Notes: generated from the letters alone by a model not told the origin. Numbered from the stretch's first letter, positions 1 through 8,754 are shown. The stretch is 22,803 bases of DNA from Myxococcota bacterium (GCA_036336835.1 JAYZFK010000090.1:1-22803); one strand, 5' to 3'. Made by a program: numbers and translations.

Positions 1-2
1 TG

Positions 3-119
3 CGCCTGACGCCCGGGGGCGTGATGGCGCCGATGATCAACAGCATGATCAAGCCGGTGATGCTGGCCACTGCCGAGGATCTCGCCGAGCGCATCGTCGC
101 GCATCTCGAGGCGCGTTAG
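3..119 (+). CDS. C-terminal fragment of a probable SRPBCC/CoxG-like protein (5' end outside window)
   Basis: Frame from 3 reads RLTPGGVMAPMINSMIKPVMLATAEDLAERIVAHLEAR*, with TAG at 117-119 and GC-rich third positions. The amphipathic terminal helix resembles SRPBCC/CoxG C-termini; the family call is tentative. Confidence 0.55.
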   Translation, partial: RLTPGGVMAPMINSMIKPVMLATAEDLAERIVAHLEAR

Positions 120-1240
120 CTCACCGCTCGTGCCGGGTGGCTCGCACCCCCCGCAAGCGGCTCGGTGGCGACCATCATGGCTTGCATTACGCAGGGCTCG
201 TCGCCCCGGTTGCTCCAGGCGTGCCAGGTCCCGCGCTGGACCACCAGGTCGCCGGGGCCGAGATCGACCTCGTCCTCATCGAGCATCAGCGTGATGCGAC
301 CGGACAGGATCTGCACCAGGTCGACCGAGTCGCTGCGGTGGCGCCCGGGGCGCCCCGGGTCGTGCTCGCCGCCGCTCGCCATGCCCGGCGCCCGCTCGGC
401 GTACTCGGCTGCGAGCGCGCCCGCGTCCACTTCCGCGAGCGCTGCGTCGGGCGGGATCACCATGTGCTTCCAGGCGACACCGCCCCCGAGTGCGTAGAAC
501 TCGAACGGACCGGGCGGCGCGTCGCCTCCCGCGGCCGGTGAGACGACCGGACCCAGTGTCTGCCAGATGTCCGAGTAGGCCATGCCGGGAGCCTGCTCGA
601 GACGCAGTACGTTGGCGGGCTCGCCGTCGTGGACGACTAGCGATCGGCCATCGCCGCCCAGGTGGGTGACCACGCGACGCGGCCCCACGCCCTGCGGTGC
701 CGCGCCGGTCCTCGGTCCCGGCCCCTCGAAGCGGGAATCGTCGCCGGCCACCGAACGGAGCAGCAGCGCACCGAACACGCAGTCGCACTCCCCGACGACG
801 CGCCAGGCGTGCCAGGTGCCGCGCTGGATCACGCAGTCTCCGGCACCCAGCCGGACGCGCCCGTCGTCGAGCAGCAACTCGATCTCGCCCTCGAAGACGG
901 TGATCCAGTCGATGGTGTCGGTGCGGTGCATGCCGGGCCGGCGGGCGTCGAAGCGCGGATCGCGCTCCAGTTCTTCCTGCGGTGGATGGGCGGGCGTGTC
1001 CGACGGCGGCAGACGCAGCAGGCGCCAGTGCATGGCGCCGCGCGGCGGCTCGAGATCGGTTTCGCCCGGTGCGCGCTCGCCGCCGGATTCCGGATGGAGT
1101 GGGCCCGCGGGCAGCGACCAGAGATCGGCGTGACCATAGCCGCCGCGGTAGGCGGCGCCGGGCGGTGCACCGTCGCTCAGCACGACCGAGCGCCCCGCCG
1201 CATTGCGGCCAGTCACCACCCGGCGGATGTTCCAGGACAT
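116..1240 (-). CDS. Tandem two-domain cupin protein (374 aa)
   Basis: ATG at 1240 (MSWNIRRVVTG). Two repeats of RRVVT..G.S.V..DG / HR[TS]D[TS][IV]D..G.I.L.LD...L.[AP]GD.V[IV]QRGTWHAW. The ORF-track extension to 1495 overlaps the divergent gene and is rejected. Confidence 0.88.
   Translation of the reverse strand: MSWNIRRVVTGRNAAGRSVVLSDGAPPGAAYRGGYGHADLWSLPAGPLHPESGGERAPGETDLEPPRGAMHWRLLRLPPSDTPAHPPQEELERDPRFDARRPGMHRTDTIDWITVFEGEIELLLDDGRVRLGAGDCVIQRGTWHAWRVVGECDCVFGALLLRSVAGDDSRFEGPGPRTGAAPQGVGPRRVVTHLGGDGRSLVVHDGEPANVLRLEQAPGMAYSDIWQTLGPVVSPAAGGDAPPGPFEFYALGGGVAWKHMVIPPDAALAEVDAGALAAEYAERAPGMASGGEHDPGRPGRHRSDSVDLVQILSGRITLMLDEDEVDLGPGDLVVQRGTWHAWSNRGDEPCVMQAMMVATEPLAGGASHPARAVS
215..832. 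repeat. Intragenic 30-nt near-identical repeat pair (215-244 and 803-832) marking the cupin domain duplication
   Basis: ccaggcgtgccaggtcccgcgctggaccac vs ccaggcgtgccaggtgccgcgctggatcac (28/30 identical). Both encode V[IV]QRGTWHAW. Confidence 0.8.
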
Positions 1241-1247
1241 GCTTGCC

Positions 1248-1253
1248 AGAGTA
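1248..1253 (-). promoter_or_regulatory. Putative -10 box (TACTCT), leaderless promoter of the cupin gene
   Basis: TANNNT hexamer 7 nt upstream of ATG 1240, with no Shine-Dalgarno. Confidence 0.5.
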
Positions 1254-1275
1254 CGCCAGTGTTGCGCCGGAGAGG

Positions 1276-1294
1276 GGCTCGGCCTCGCCGAGCC
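1276..1294. promoter_or_regulatory. 8-3-8 palindrome GGCTCGGC-CTC-GCCGAGCC between divergent promoters (possible operator)
   Basis: Perfect inverted repeat between the candidate -10 boxes at 1248-1253 (-) and 1306-1311 (+, TATGCT). It is GC-rich, so chance occurrence is possible. Confidence 0.3.
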
Positions 1295-1334
1295 GGGGTT
1301 TCGCGTATGCTGCTCGCAGCGACGGAGGCGAGCA

Positions 1335-2642
1335 ATGGCGCGCTGCATCTTCACCGGTGCGAACCTGATCGACGGAGATCGGCCGGCTCGCGCCGGCGTC
1401 ACGGTCGTGGTCGAGGGCGAGCGCATCGCGAGCGTCAACGAGGGCCCGCTGCAAGACGTCCGGCCGGACGATCGCACCATCGACCTCGCGGGCAAGACGT
1501 TGATGCCCGGGCTCGTGCTGTGCCACTTCCACGCGACCTTCTACGACTACAACACGCGGCAGGCGCCTTCGCTCGGGCTCGAGCACACGCCTACCATCTT
1601 GGCGCTGCTCGCCGCCAAGCACGTCGAGCTCGCCCTTGCGAGTGGCGTCACGAGCGTGGTGAGCGGCAGCTGTCCGCATCGCATCGACGCCTCGATCCGG
1701 GACGCCATCACCCTCGGCTTGATTCCCGGGCCGCGGATGTGGGCCGCCAGTCACGAGCTGTGCAGCTCCGGCGACATCATCGACGCCCAGAACCTCCACT
1801 GGCAGTACGAGCTGGGCAATGCCGGGACGACCCGCAAGGTGGACGGCCCGGAGGGGTTCCGCACGGCCGTCCGCGAGGAGATCGCCTGGGGCTCGGACAT
1901 CGTGAAGCTCAACGTGAGCGACGGCCACGGCGTGGCCCCGGCGAGCGAGCGGATGTCGTGCTCGCCCGAGGAGCTGCGCGCCGCCGCCGACGCTGCCCAC
2001 GAGCGCGGCAAGAAGGTGCGCGCCCACGTCGCCAGCAGGCGCGGCGTCCTCGAGTGCGCGCGCGCCGGCTTCGACGTGATCGACCACGCCGACCGGATGG
2101 ATGCCGAGTGCATCGATGCCATCCTCGAGGCCGGCAGCTTCGTGGTGCCGAGCATGCTCTTCCCCGAGCGCTTCCTCGCCGCGATGGAGAGCGTCGATCT
2201 CGAGAGCGGCGAGCAGGTGATGAGCGGCATGCCGAGCATCGAATCGACGCGCGATGTCGTCGAACGGATCCGCGGCGTACGCGAAGACTTCGAGTACACG
2301 CGCGGCATCGTTCCCGAAGCGCACGCGGCCGGTGTCAAGCTGGTGCTGGGCGACGACTACGGCACCGCCGTGCTCCAGCAGGGCGAGTACGCGGCCGAGC
2401 TCGAGTTCTACGTCAAGGACGTCGGCATCCCGCCGCTCGATGTGATCCGCTGGGGAACCCGCAACGGCGCGGAGCTGATGGACATGGGCGACCAGCTCGG
2501 CACCATCGAGCCGGGCAAGCTCGCCGACCTGCTGGTCGTCGACGGCGACCCGATCGTCGACATCGCCTGCCTGCAGCAGTCCGACAACCTGCTCGCCATC
2601 GTCAAGGGCGGCTACTTCGTGAAAGATCGCCTCGGCCCGTGA
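1335..2642 (+). CDS. Metal-dependent amidohydrolase (Amidohydro_1, prolidase/dipeptidase-like subgroup), 435 aa
   Basis: GGAGG at 1324-1328, then ATG 1335. Motifs: IDLAGKTLMPGLVLCHFH (HxH), DIVK, RAHV, IDHAD, LGDDYG, and C-terminal LGTIEPGKLADLLVVDGDP. Confidence 0.9.
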   Translation: MARCIFTGANLIDGDRPARAGVTVVVEGERIASVNEGPLQDVRPDDRTIDLAGKTLMPGLVLCHFHATFYDYNTRQAPSLGLEHTPTILALLAAKHVELALASGVTSVVSGSCPHRIDASIRDAITLGLIPGPRMWAASHELCSSGDIIDAQNLHWQYELGNAGTTRKVDGPEGFRTAVREEIAWGSDIVKLNVSDGHGVAPASERMSCSPEELRAAADAAHERGKKVRAHVASRRGVLECARAGFDVIDHADRMDAECIDAILEAGSFVVPSMLFPERFLAAMESVDLESGEQVMSGMPSIESTRDVVERIRGVREDFEYTRGIVPEAHAAGVKLVLGDDYGTAVLQQGEYAAELEFYVKDVGIPPLDVIRWGTRNGAELMDMGDQLGTIEPGKLADLLVVDGDPIVDIACLQQSDNLLAIVKGGYFVKDRLGP

Positions 2643-2666
2643 TCGGGCGGCGACGCCGCGGCGGGG

Positions 2667-3470
2667 CTACTCCGCCTTCCAGCGGGGCGGGCGCTTCTCC
2701 TTGAAGGAGCGGGGTCCTTCGAGCGCGTCTTCGGTCTTGGTGACGCGCTCGCGGAACATCTCGGCGACGAGCTCCGCCTCGTAGAGCGGCAGGCCCTGGC
2801 CCTTGCGCAGAGCGAGGCGCGTGCCGCGCACGGCGAGCGGCGCGTTCTGGTTGATCGTCTGCGCGATCTCGCGCGCCCGCTCGCCGAGGCGCTCGTGCTC
2901 CACCACCTCGCTCACCAGTCCGAGCTGGTAGGCGCGCTCTGCGTCCATGCGCTCGTGCTTGCCCATCAGCGCCATGCGCATGCAGATGTTGAACGGCAGC
3001 ACCCGGGCGAGCCGCGCCATCTCGCGAGCCGAGACGAGCCCGATGCTCACGTGCGGATCGAAGAAGCTCGCCTTCTCCGAGGCGATCACGATGTCGCTGG
3101 TGGTGATGAGATCGAGGCCCGCGCCGCAGCACACGCCGTTGACGGCGCAGACGATGGGCTTGGCCATCTCGCGGAAGGGCGGCGTGGCCTCGCGCGGCGG
3201 CTCCCACTGCGGGTAGGAGCCCAGGTACGGCTCGGCGTAGCTGACCTTGCCGCTCTCCGAGATCGCACCCACGTCGGCGCCCGGGCAGAAGCCGCGGCCG
3301 GCCGCCGTCACGATGACCGTCCAGACCTCGGGGTCCTGCTCTGCGCTTTGGAAGGCTTCGTAGAGCTCTCGCTGCATCTGCTTCGAGACGGCGTTCAGCA
3401 CCTCGGGGCGATTCAGCGTGATGGTCGCGATGCGATCGCTCACGTCGTACAGCACGGTCTCGTAGCTCAT
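2667..3470 (-). CDS. Enoyl-CoA hydratase/isomerase (crotonase) family protein, 267 aa
   Basis: ATG 3470 with AAGGA upstream. Motifs: IATITLNRPEVLNA, GFCPGADV, KPIVCAVNGVCCGAGLDL, C-terminal FKEKRPPRW. Confidence 0.92.
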   Translation of the reverse strand: MSYETVLYDVSDRIATITLNRPEVLNAVSKQMQRELYEAFQSAEQDPEVWTVIVTAAGRGFCPGADVGAISESGKVSYAEPYLGSYPQWEPPREATPPFREMAKPIVCAVNGVCCGAGLDLITTSDIVIASEKASFFDPHVSIGLVSAREMARLARVLPFNICMRMALMGKHERMDAERAYQLGLVSEVVEHERLGERAREIAQTINQNAPLAVRGTRLALRKGQGLPLYEAELVAEMFRERVTKTEDALEGPRSFKEKRPPRWKAE

Positions 3471-3555
3471 GGTCGGATTCCTTCGGGTCGGAGTTGGCGG
3501 TGCGCTCAAGGGCAAGCGCGCCGTCCGGTCGGGTCCCGCGCGCAATGATGCGCGC

Positions 3556-5121
3556 TCACGAGACGCGGCGCGAGTGCCCCTCCCAGTAGGGCTCGCGGAG
3601 CACGCGCTTGAGCACCTTGCCGTTCGCGTTGCGGGGCAGGTCGGCGACGAAGTCGACCGAGCGGGGCCGCTTGTAGCCCGCCAGTCGCTCGCCGCAGAAG
3701 CGCATCAGCTCTTCGGCATCGGCGGACTGGCCCTTTCCGAGCACGATCACGGCCTTCACCTCTTCGCCCCAGCGCTCGCTGGGAACGCCGATCACCGCGA
3801 CCTCGCGCACCGCGGGGTGGGCGAGCAGCGCCTCCTCCACCTCGCGCGCGAACACGTTCTCGGCACCCGAGACGATCATGTCCTTCTTGCGGTCGACGAT
3901 GGTCAGATAGCCGTGCTCGTCGAGCAGGCCGATGTCGCCCGTCGCCAGCCAGCCGTCGCGAAGCGTCTCGCGCGTGGCGTCCGGTCGGCCGAAGTAGCCC
4001 TTCATCACCAGCGGCGTGCGCGCACAGATCTCGCCTGGCTCACCGACGGGAAGTGGCTGCCCCTCGGGCCCGACGATCCGGAGCTCGCAGCCCACGACGG
4101 GTCGTCCGGTGGAGAGCAGCCGCTTCGGTTCCTCGAGGCCGCGCAGGTGATCGTCCGGCAGGAGGTGCGTGAGGATCGGCGCCTCCGTCTGGCCGAACTG
4201 CTGGTGGATCTCGCAGGGGAAGACCTCGAGCGCACGGCGCATGGTGGCGACCGAGATGGGCGAGGCGCCATAGCTGAGATAGCGAAGGCTTGCGAAGCGA
4301 TCGGGCCGCGTCTCCTTCACCTCTGCGAGGCAGGCTTCGAGTGTCGCGGGGACGAGGCTCGCGCGAACCAGCTGCTGCTCGGCGATCAGGTGCAACACCT
4401 CGCCCGGGTCGAACTTGGCGAGCATGTAGACCGACGCGCCGCACAGCGCGGTGTGGAGGAAGTTCAGGAAGCCGCCCGAGTGGAACGCGGGCGAGACCAG
4501 CAGCTGTCGCTCGTTGGCCGCGAGCGGGAAGGCGGTGCGCCAGTAGGAGGCCGCCACCGCGAGCGAGGCATGCGAGTGGACGACCCCCTTGGGCTCGCCC
4601 GTGGTGCCGCTGGTGTAGTACTGCACGGCGTCGTCGCCCGGCGCGCTGCGCTCGCCGGGCAGCGAAGCGGAAGCGGTCTCGAGGAAGTCGTCGTACGACG
4701 CGATGCCTGGCAGCGCTGCGGGGCCGCCGGCTTCCCGCAATCCCACCAGCCGCGCCAGCTCGGGAAGCTCGCCGCGCATGCCCTCCAGCGCCTCGGCAAA
4801 CGGAGCCTCGACGAAGGCGTGCCGGGCCTGGCAGTCCGAAAGCACGAAGCGCAGCTCGTCCGGCGCGAGCCTCACGTTCACCGGCACCACCACGGCGCCG
4901 AGCCGCGAGGCGGCGAAGCTCACGATCGGGTACTCGAGGCGGTTGCGCGCCACGATCGCGACGCGATCGCCGCGCGCGATGCCGGCCCCCCGGAGCGCAG
5001 AGGCCAGCCGGGTTGCCTCGGCGGCGGCCGCTCCGAACGAGAGGCGCCGCAACGCATCCACGCCGAATTCGCGATCGGGCGCGATCCGCGCCCAGTAGTC
5101 GAAGTGATCGTGGATCAGCAC
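3556..5121 (-). CDS. Acyl-CoA synthetase (AMP-forming, FadD-like), 521 aa
   Basis: YTSGTTGEPKG P-loop, FGQTE, TGDIG, DRKKDMIVSGAEN and LPRNANGK (A10 Lys). Confidence 0.95.
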   Translation of the reverse strand: MLIHDHFDYWARIAPDREFGVDALRRLSFGAAAAEATRLASALRGAGIARGDRVAIVARNRLEYPIVSFAASRLGAVVVPVNVRLAPDELRFVLSDCQARHAFVEAPFAEALEGMRGELPELARLVGLREAGGPAALPGIASYDDFLETASASLPGERSAPGDDAVQYYTSGTTGEPKGVVHSHASLAVAASYWRTAFPLAANERQLLVSPAFHSGGFLNFLHTALCGASVYMLAKFDPGEVLHLIAEQQLVRASLVPATLEACLAEVKETRPDRFASLRYLSYGASPISVATMRRALEVFPCEIHQQFGQTEAPILTHLLPDDHLRGLEEPKRLLSTGRPVVGCELRIVGPEGQPLPVGEPGEICARTPLVMKGYFGRPDATRETLRDGWLATGDIGLLDEHGYLTIVDRKKDMIVSGAENVFAREVEEALLAHPAVREVAVIGVPSERWGEEVKAVIVLGKGQSADAEELMRFCGERLAGYKRPRSVDFVADLPRNANGKVLKRVLREPYWEGHSRRVS

Positions 5122-5128
5122 ACCGACT

Positions 5129-6415
5129 TCAGTCCTCTGGGTCGTCGGTTCGGGCGAAGCGCTCGGCCAGCCCGTCGAGCGCGCCCTGCAGATCGGAGGC
5201 GCCGCCCGGCGGGTCCGGCAGGCGCACGTCGCCGTGCTCGCGGCTCGGAAGCAGCACCGTCGCGTGGCCCGGGGTCGTGATCTCGCCGCGCTGGTTCTCG
5301 CCCCAGATCTCGAGATCCACGGCCGGCCGATCGCCCTCCGCCAGGTACTTGCGCGCGACTTTGCCGCGTATCCACTGCGTGTCGCCCACGAAGTTGAAGC
5401 GCCGGAACTCGCAGTCGAGCTTCCAGAGCCAGCCCGCGTCGCCCATCCAGTCCGTGCACAGGTGCACGAGCCAGCACTCGCGCATGCGGCCGTAGTCGTA
5501 CATGGTGGGCGCGCCGGCGAGCTGGGCGTAGGCCTGGTCCCAGTGCACGCGCATCATCTGATCCGGAATCTGCAGCGGATCGGGCTGGTAGAAGCGGGGG
5601 ATGCGCTGGCGGTTTGCGAAGCCGAGACGCAGCGGCTTGACGCCGTAGTACCCCATGCCGACGCCGACGTGCCAGCACACGATGTCGGTCACGGTGAGCG
5701 GTCCCTTGACGAGCGAGCCGATCGGCTCGTCCTCTTCCACGTCCTCCCAGTAGCGCGGCTCGGCGCCGCGCGGCTGCTCGGCGGCGTACTGGGCGTCGAT
5801 CTCCTCGAGCTGCTCTTTCGTGTAGGGCTCGGGCGCGAGGTCCTGGTACTTCTTTTCCTTGCGCGCGCTGCCGCGCTCGGTGCGGATCATCAGCCGATAC
5901 TGCGTCGAGAGGATCTCGCCCTGCTCGTCGCCGAAGACGTTGGCGGTCCATTCGTGGACCGATCGCTTCGCGAACTCGCTCTTCTTGTCGAGCACGCCCA
6001 CCAGGGCGTTGCGCCGGTACACCCGCCGGTTCGGTCGAAGCGGGCGCCACCACTCGCGGACGCCGCTCGAGTAGAAGGCGTGCACGCCGCGCAGCGGATC
6101 GCCGCGCATCAGCTCGAGCTCGTCCGGCGGCACGGCGTCGACTTCGTCGATGCCGATCAGCGTGTCGCAGCCGACGAAGGCCGGGTGGAGGATCAGCCCG
6201 CCCCAGCGCGTCTTCTCCGCGTACTCGGGCTCGCAGTAGAGCGGGTTGTCGTCGCCGATCGAGTAGGCGAGGTTGCGGAAGATGTCCTCGTTGGGGCAGC
6301 GGTAGTGCGGCGGCTGCGGCAGCGGCTTGGGCACGCCGATGCGTGCGCGCAGCTTCGCGATGCCTTCGTCGCTGATGCGACCCTCGCGGTGCCCGGCGCC
6401 GTCGCTCCCGCTCAT
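5129..6415 (-). CDS. Double hot-dog MaoC/FAS1-like (R)-hydratase/dehydratase domain protein, 428 aa
   Basis: SD GGAG before ATG 6415. N-domain IGDDNPLYCEPEYAEKTRWGG; C-domain PRYWEDVEED, RVHWDQAYA, DYGRMR, FRRFNFVGDT, ENQRGEITTPG. Confidence 0.85.
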   Translation of the reverse strand: MSGSDGAGHREGRISDEGIAKLRARIGVPKPLPQPPHYRCPNEDIFRNLAYSIGDDNPLYCEPEYAEKTRWGGLILHPAFVGCDTLIGIDEVDAVPPDELELMRGDPLRGVHAFYSSGVREWWRPLRPNRRVYRRNALVGVLDKKSEFAKRSVHEWTANVFGDEQGEILSTQYRLMIRTERGSARKEKKYQDLAPEPYTKEQLEEIDAQYAAEQPRGAEPRYWEDVEEDEPIGSLVKGPLTVTDIVCWHVGVGMGYYGVKPLRLGFANRQRIPRFYQPDPLQIPDQMMRVHWDQAYAQLAGAPTMYDYGRMRECWLVHLCTDWMGDAGWLWKLDCEFRRFNFVGDTQWIRGKVARKYLAEGDRPAVDLEIWGENQRGEITTPGHATVLLPSREHGDVRLPDPPGGASDLQGALDGLAERFARTDDPED

Positions 6416-6449
6416 CTCGCTCTCCTCGTTCGAGTCCGGCAGCGCGCGG

Positions 6450-7535
6450 CTACCAGCCGAGCAGGTCGGCCGTGCGCCTGCGGTGAAGGTTTGCGTCGCC
6501 CAGCATGGCCCAGTCGAACAGCGAGCGTTTGAGCCAGAACTGGACGTCGCACTCCCAGGTGTATCCGATGCCTCCGTGGGCCTCGACCGCGCGGCGCGCG
6601 ATGTCGACGAAGCGCTCCGTCAGGTGCGCCTTCGCGTTGGCGGCCGCGGCGCGTGCCCCTTCCGGCAGGTGGTCGAAGGCGTGGGCCGCATACCAGACCA
6701 GGCCGCGGGTCGGATGGATCTCGACGGCCATGTCGGCCAGCTGGTGCTTGAGTGCCTGGAAGCTCCCGATCTTGACGCCGAACTGCTCGCGCGTCTTGGC
6801 GTAGGCCACCGATGCGTCGACGCACGCCATCGCGCCACCGTACGCATCGGCCGCCAGCAGCACGAGCCCCGCGTCGAGCACCTGGTCGGCGACGTCGGCG
6901 CCGCGCGGCAGCGGCTCGCAGGGCGTCCCCTCGAACGTGACGCAGTCGAGGCGGCGTGTGCGGTCGAGCCCTGCCAGCCGTTCGATTGCGAGCCCGGGCG
7001 CCCCCGCCTCCACCAGCCCGAATCCGCCGCCGCGCAGCCCCACCACCAGCAGGTCGGCGCCGCGCGCGTGGGGGACGAAGCGCTTCTCGCCGGTGATGGT
7101 GCCGGCGTCGGCGAGCTGCCACTGCTCGGGGCGCCAGTGCTCGCCCGAGTCGCCTTGCTCGGCGATGGCGAAGCTCGCGCGGAGCTCCCCGGTGGCGAGC
7201 CCCGGGAGCCAGCGCTCTCGTTGGCTGCTGCTCCCCGCGCGGTCGATCGCCATCGCGGCGAGCACGTGCTCGAGGAAGGGGCCGGGTGTCGCGTGGCGTC
7301 CCAGGGCCTCGGCCACCACGCTCAGATCGAGCAGCTCGAGGCCGGCGCCGCCCAGGTCTTCGGGCAGATGCAGGCCCAGCACGCCGATCGCGCCCAGTCC
7401 GCTCCAGACCGCCGCGTCGCAGTCCGCCTCGCCGTCGAACAGCTCGCGCACGCGCGTCATCGGACACTCGGTGGCGAGGAACTTGTCGAGCGTGTCCTCG
7501 AGCAGACGCTGTTCGTCGGAGAGGTCGAAGTTCAC
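6450..7535 (-). CDS. Acyl-CoA dehydrogenase family, short partner-type subunit, 361 aa
   Basis: GTG 7535 (MNFDLSDEQRLL) overlaps the upstream TGA (GTGA). Motifs: REQFGVKIGSFQALKHQLADM and HGGIGYTWE. Confidence 0.92.
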   Translation of the reverse strand: MNFDLSDEQRLLEDTLDKFLATECPMTRVRELFDGEADCDAAVWSGLGAIGVLGLHLPEDLGGAGLELLDLSVVAEALGRHATPGPFLEHVLAAMAIDRAGSSSQRERWLPGLATGELRASFAIAEQGDSGEHWRPEQWQLADAGTITGEKRFVPHARGADLLVVGLRGGGFGLVEAGAPGLAIERLAGLDRTRRLDCVTFEGTPCEPLPRGADVADQVLDAGLVLLAADAYGGAMACVDASVAYAKTREQFGVKIGSFQALKHQLADMAVEIHPTRGLVWYAAHAFDHLPEGARAAAANAKAHLTERFVDIARRAVEAHGGIGYTWECDVQFWLKRSLFDWAMLGDANLHRRRTADLLGW

Positions 7536-8740
7536 GGCGCAGAGTCCCGGTCGGCGGCTGCATCCCGGGGAAGCCCGAGGCCGCGCTCGGCGATGATGTT
7601 GCGTTGGATGTTCGAGGTGCCGCCCGCGATCGCCAGGCCGAGAGATCCCATGAACTGGTTGGTCCACTTCTCGCTGCCCGACGTCCTCCCGGTGGGCTGC
7701 CCGCGCGGAGCGAGCGCGCTCTCGGCGCCCAGCAGGCGATGGGCGAGCTTCGAGACCTGCTGCACGATGTTGGTATCGCTGATTTTGTTGAGCATCGGCA
7801 GCGTGCCGGGATCGCGCCCCTGCAACTCGCGGGTGAGCTGGACATAGGACGAGCAGCGCTGGGTCTCGACGTAGCCGTAGATGTCCGCGAGCGCTTCGCG
7901 CACCTGGCGATCCTCGATCGCCGGGCGTCCGTCGATCCGCGCCTTGCGCGCCAGCCGCAACAGGCTCCGGAACAGTGCCCCCGAGCGATCGGCCCCTCCG
8001 ATCATGTTGCGTTCGTGTCGCAGCAGCGAGCGCGACACCGTCCAGCCCTCGCCGCGCTCGCCCACGATCCAGTCCGCCGGCGTGCGCGCGTCGTCGAAGA
8101 ACACCTCGGCGAACTCGGACTCGCCGGTGATCTGCTTCAGGGGCCGCACCTCGACGCCCGGCTGATCCATCTCCAGCAATAGATAGGAGATGCCCGCGTG
8201 CTTGGGCGCCTCGGGCTCGGTGCGCACCAGTGCGAACATGTACTGGGCGGTTCGCCAGTGGGAGGTCCAGATTTTCTGGCCGTTGATCACCCACTCGCCG
8301 TCGCGCAGCTCGCCGGTGGTGCGGAGCGATGCCAGGTCGCTGCCGGCGCCGGGCTCGCTGTAGCCCTGGCACCAGGTGTGCTCGCCCTCGATGGCCTGTC
8401 GAACGAAGAGATCCTTCTGCCAGTCGCTGCCGCACTCGAGCAGTGTCGGCGCCAGCATCTGGGGGCCCTGGCCGGTGAGCTCCATCGGTGCGCGCACCGC
8501 GGCGAACTCCTCGCGGATGATCTGGGCCGCCAGGATGTCGGGCGCCTGGTCAGAGCCGCCGTAGCGGCGGGGGATGTTGCGGTACAGGTAGCCCGCGTCG
8601 GTGCCGGCGCGCCGGAAGCGGCGCACCGGCTCCGCGCCGGGCGCGTCGCCGTTCGCCTCCGGCGGAGGCCAGTGCGCGCGGAGGAAGCTCCGCACCTGCT
8701 CGCGGTGGGCGTCGTATTCAGTTCCGTAGCCGAGATCCAC
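7532..8740 (-). CDS. Acyl-CoA dehydrogenase family, catalytic-type subunit, 402 aa
   Basis: GTG 8740 (MDLGYG). Motifs: WCQGYSEPGAGSDLASL, NGQKIWTS, LRHER (helix-G Glu), IAGGTSNIQRNIIAERGLGLPR. Confidence 0.93.
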   Translation of the reverse strand: MDLGYGTEYDAHREQVRSFLRAHWPPPEANGDAPGAEPVRRFRRAGTDAGYLYRNIPRRYGGSDQAPDILAAQIIREEFAAVRAPMELTGQGPQMLAPTLLECGSDWQKDLFVRQAIEGEHTWCQGYSEPGAGSDLASLRTTGELRDGEWVINGQKIWTSHWRTAQYMFALVRTEPEAPKHAGISYLLLEMDQPGVEVRPLKQITGESEFAEVFFDDARTPADWIVGERGEGWTVSRSLLRHERNMIGGADRSGALFRSLLRLARKARIDGRPAIEDRQVREALADIYGYVETQRCSSYVQLTRELQGRDPGTLPMLNKISDTNIVQQVSKLAHRLLGAESALAPRGQPTGRTSGSEKWTNQFMGSLGLAIAGGTSNIQRNIIAERGLGLPRDAAADRDSAP

Positions 8741-8748
8741 GGCCCTGC

Positions 8749-8754
8749 AGAATA
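8749..8754 (-). promoter_or_regulatory. Putative -10 box (TATTCT) of the beta-oxidation operon, leaderless or near-leaderless
   Basis: TANNNT 8 nt upstream of GTG 8740, with no SD. Confidence 0.5.

Noticed and set aside
3538..3555. Hairpin GCGCGCA-ATGA-TGCGCGC after the ligase stop as a terminator
   Set aside because: No U-tract follows, and GC-alternating arms arise easily by chance. At most it is an intra-operon stabiliser.
6450..8435. 661-aa ORF suggesting a fused double ACAD
   Set aside because: The N-terminal 300 codons are an off-frame read of the upstream ACAD. The real gene starts at GTG 7535 with a GTGA overlap.
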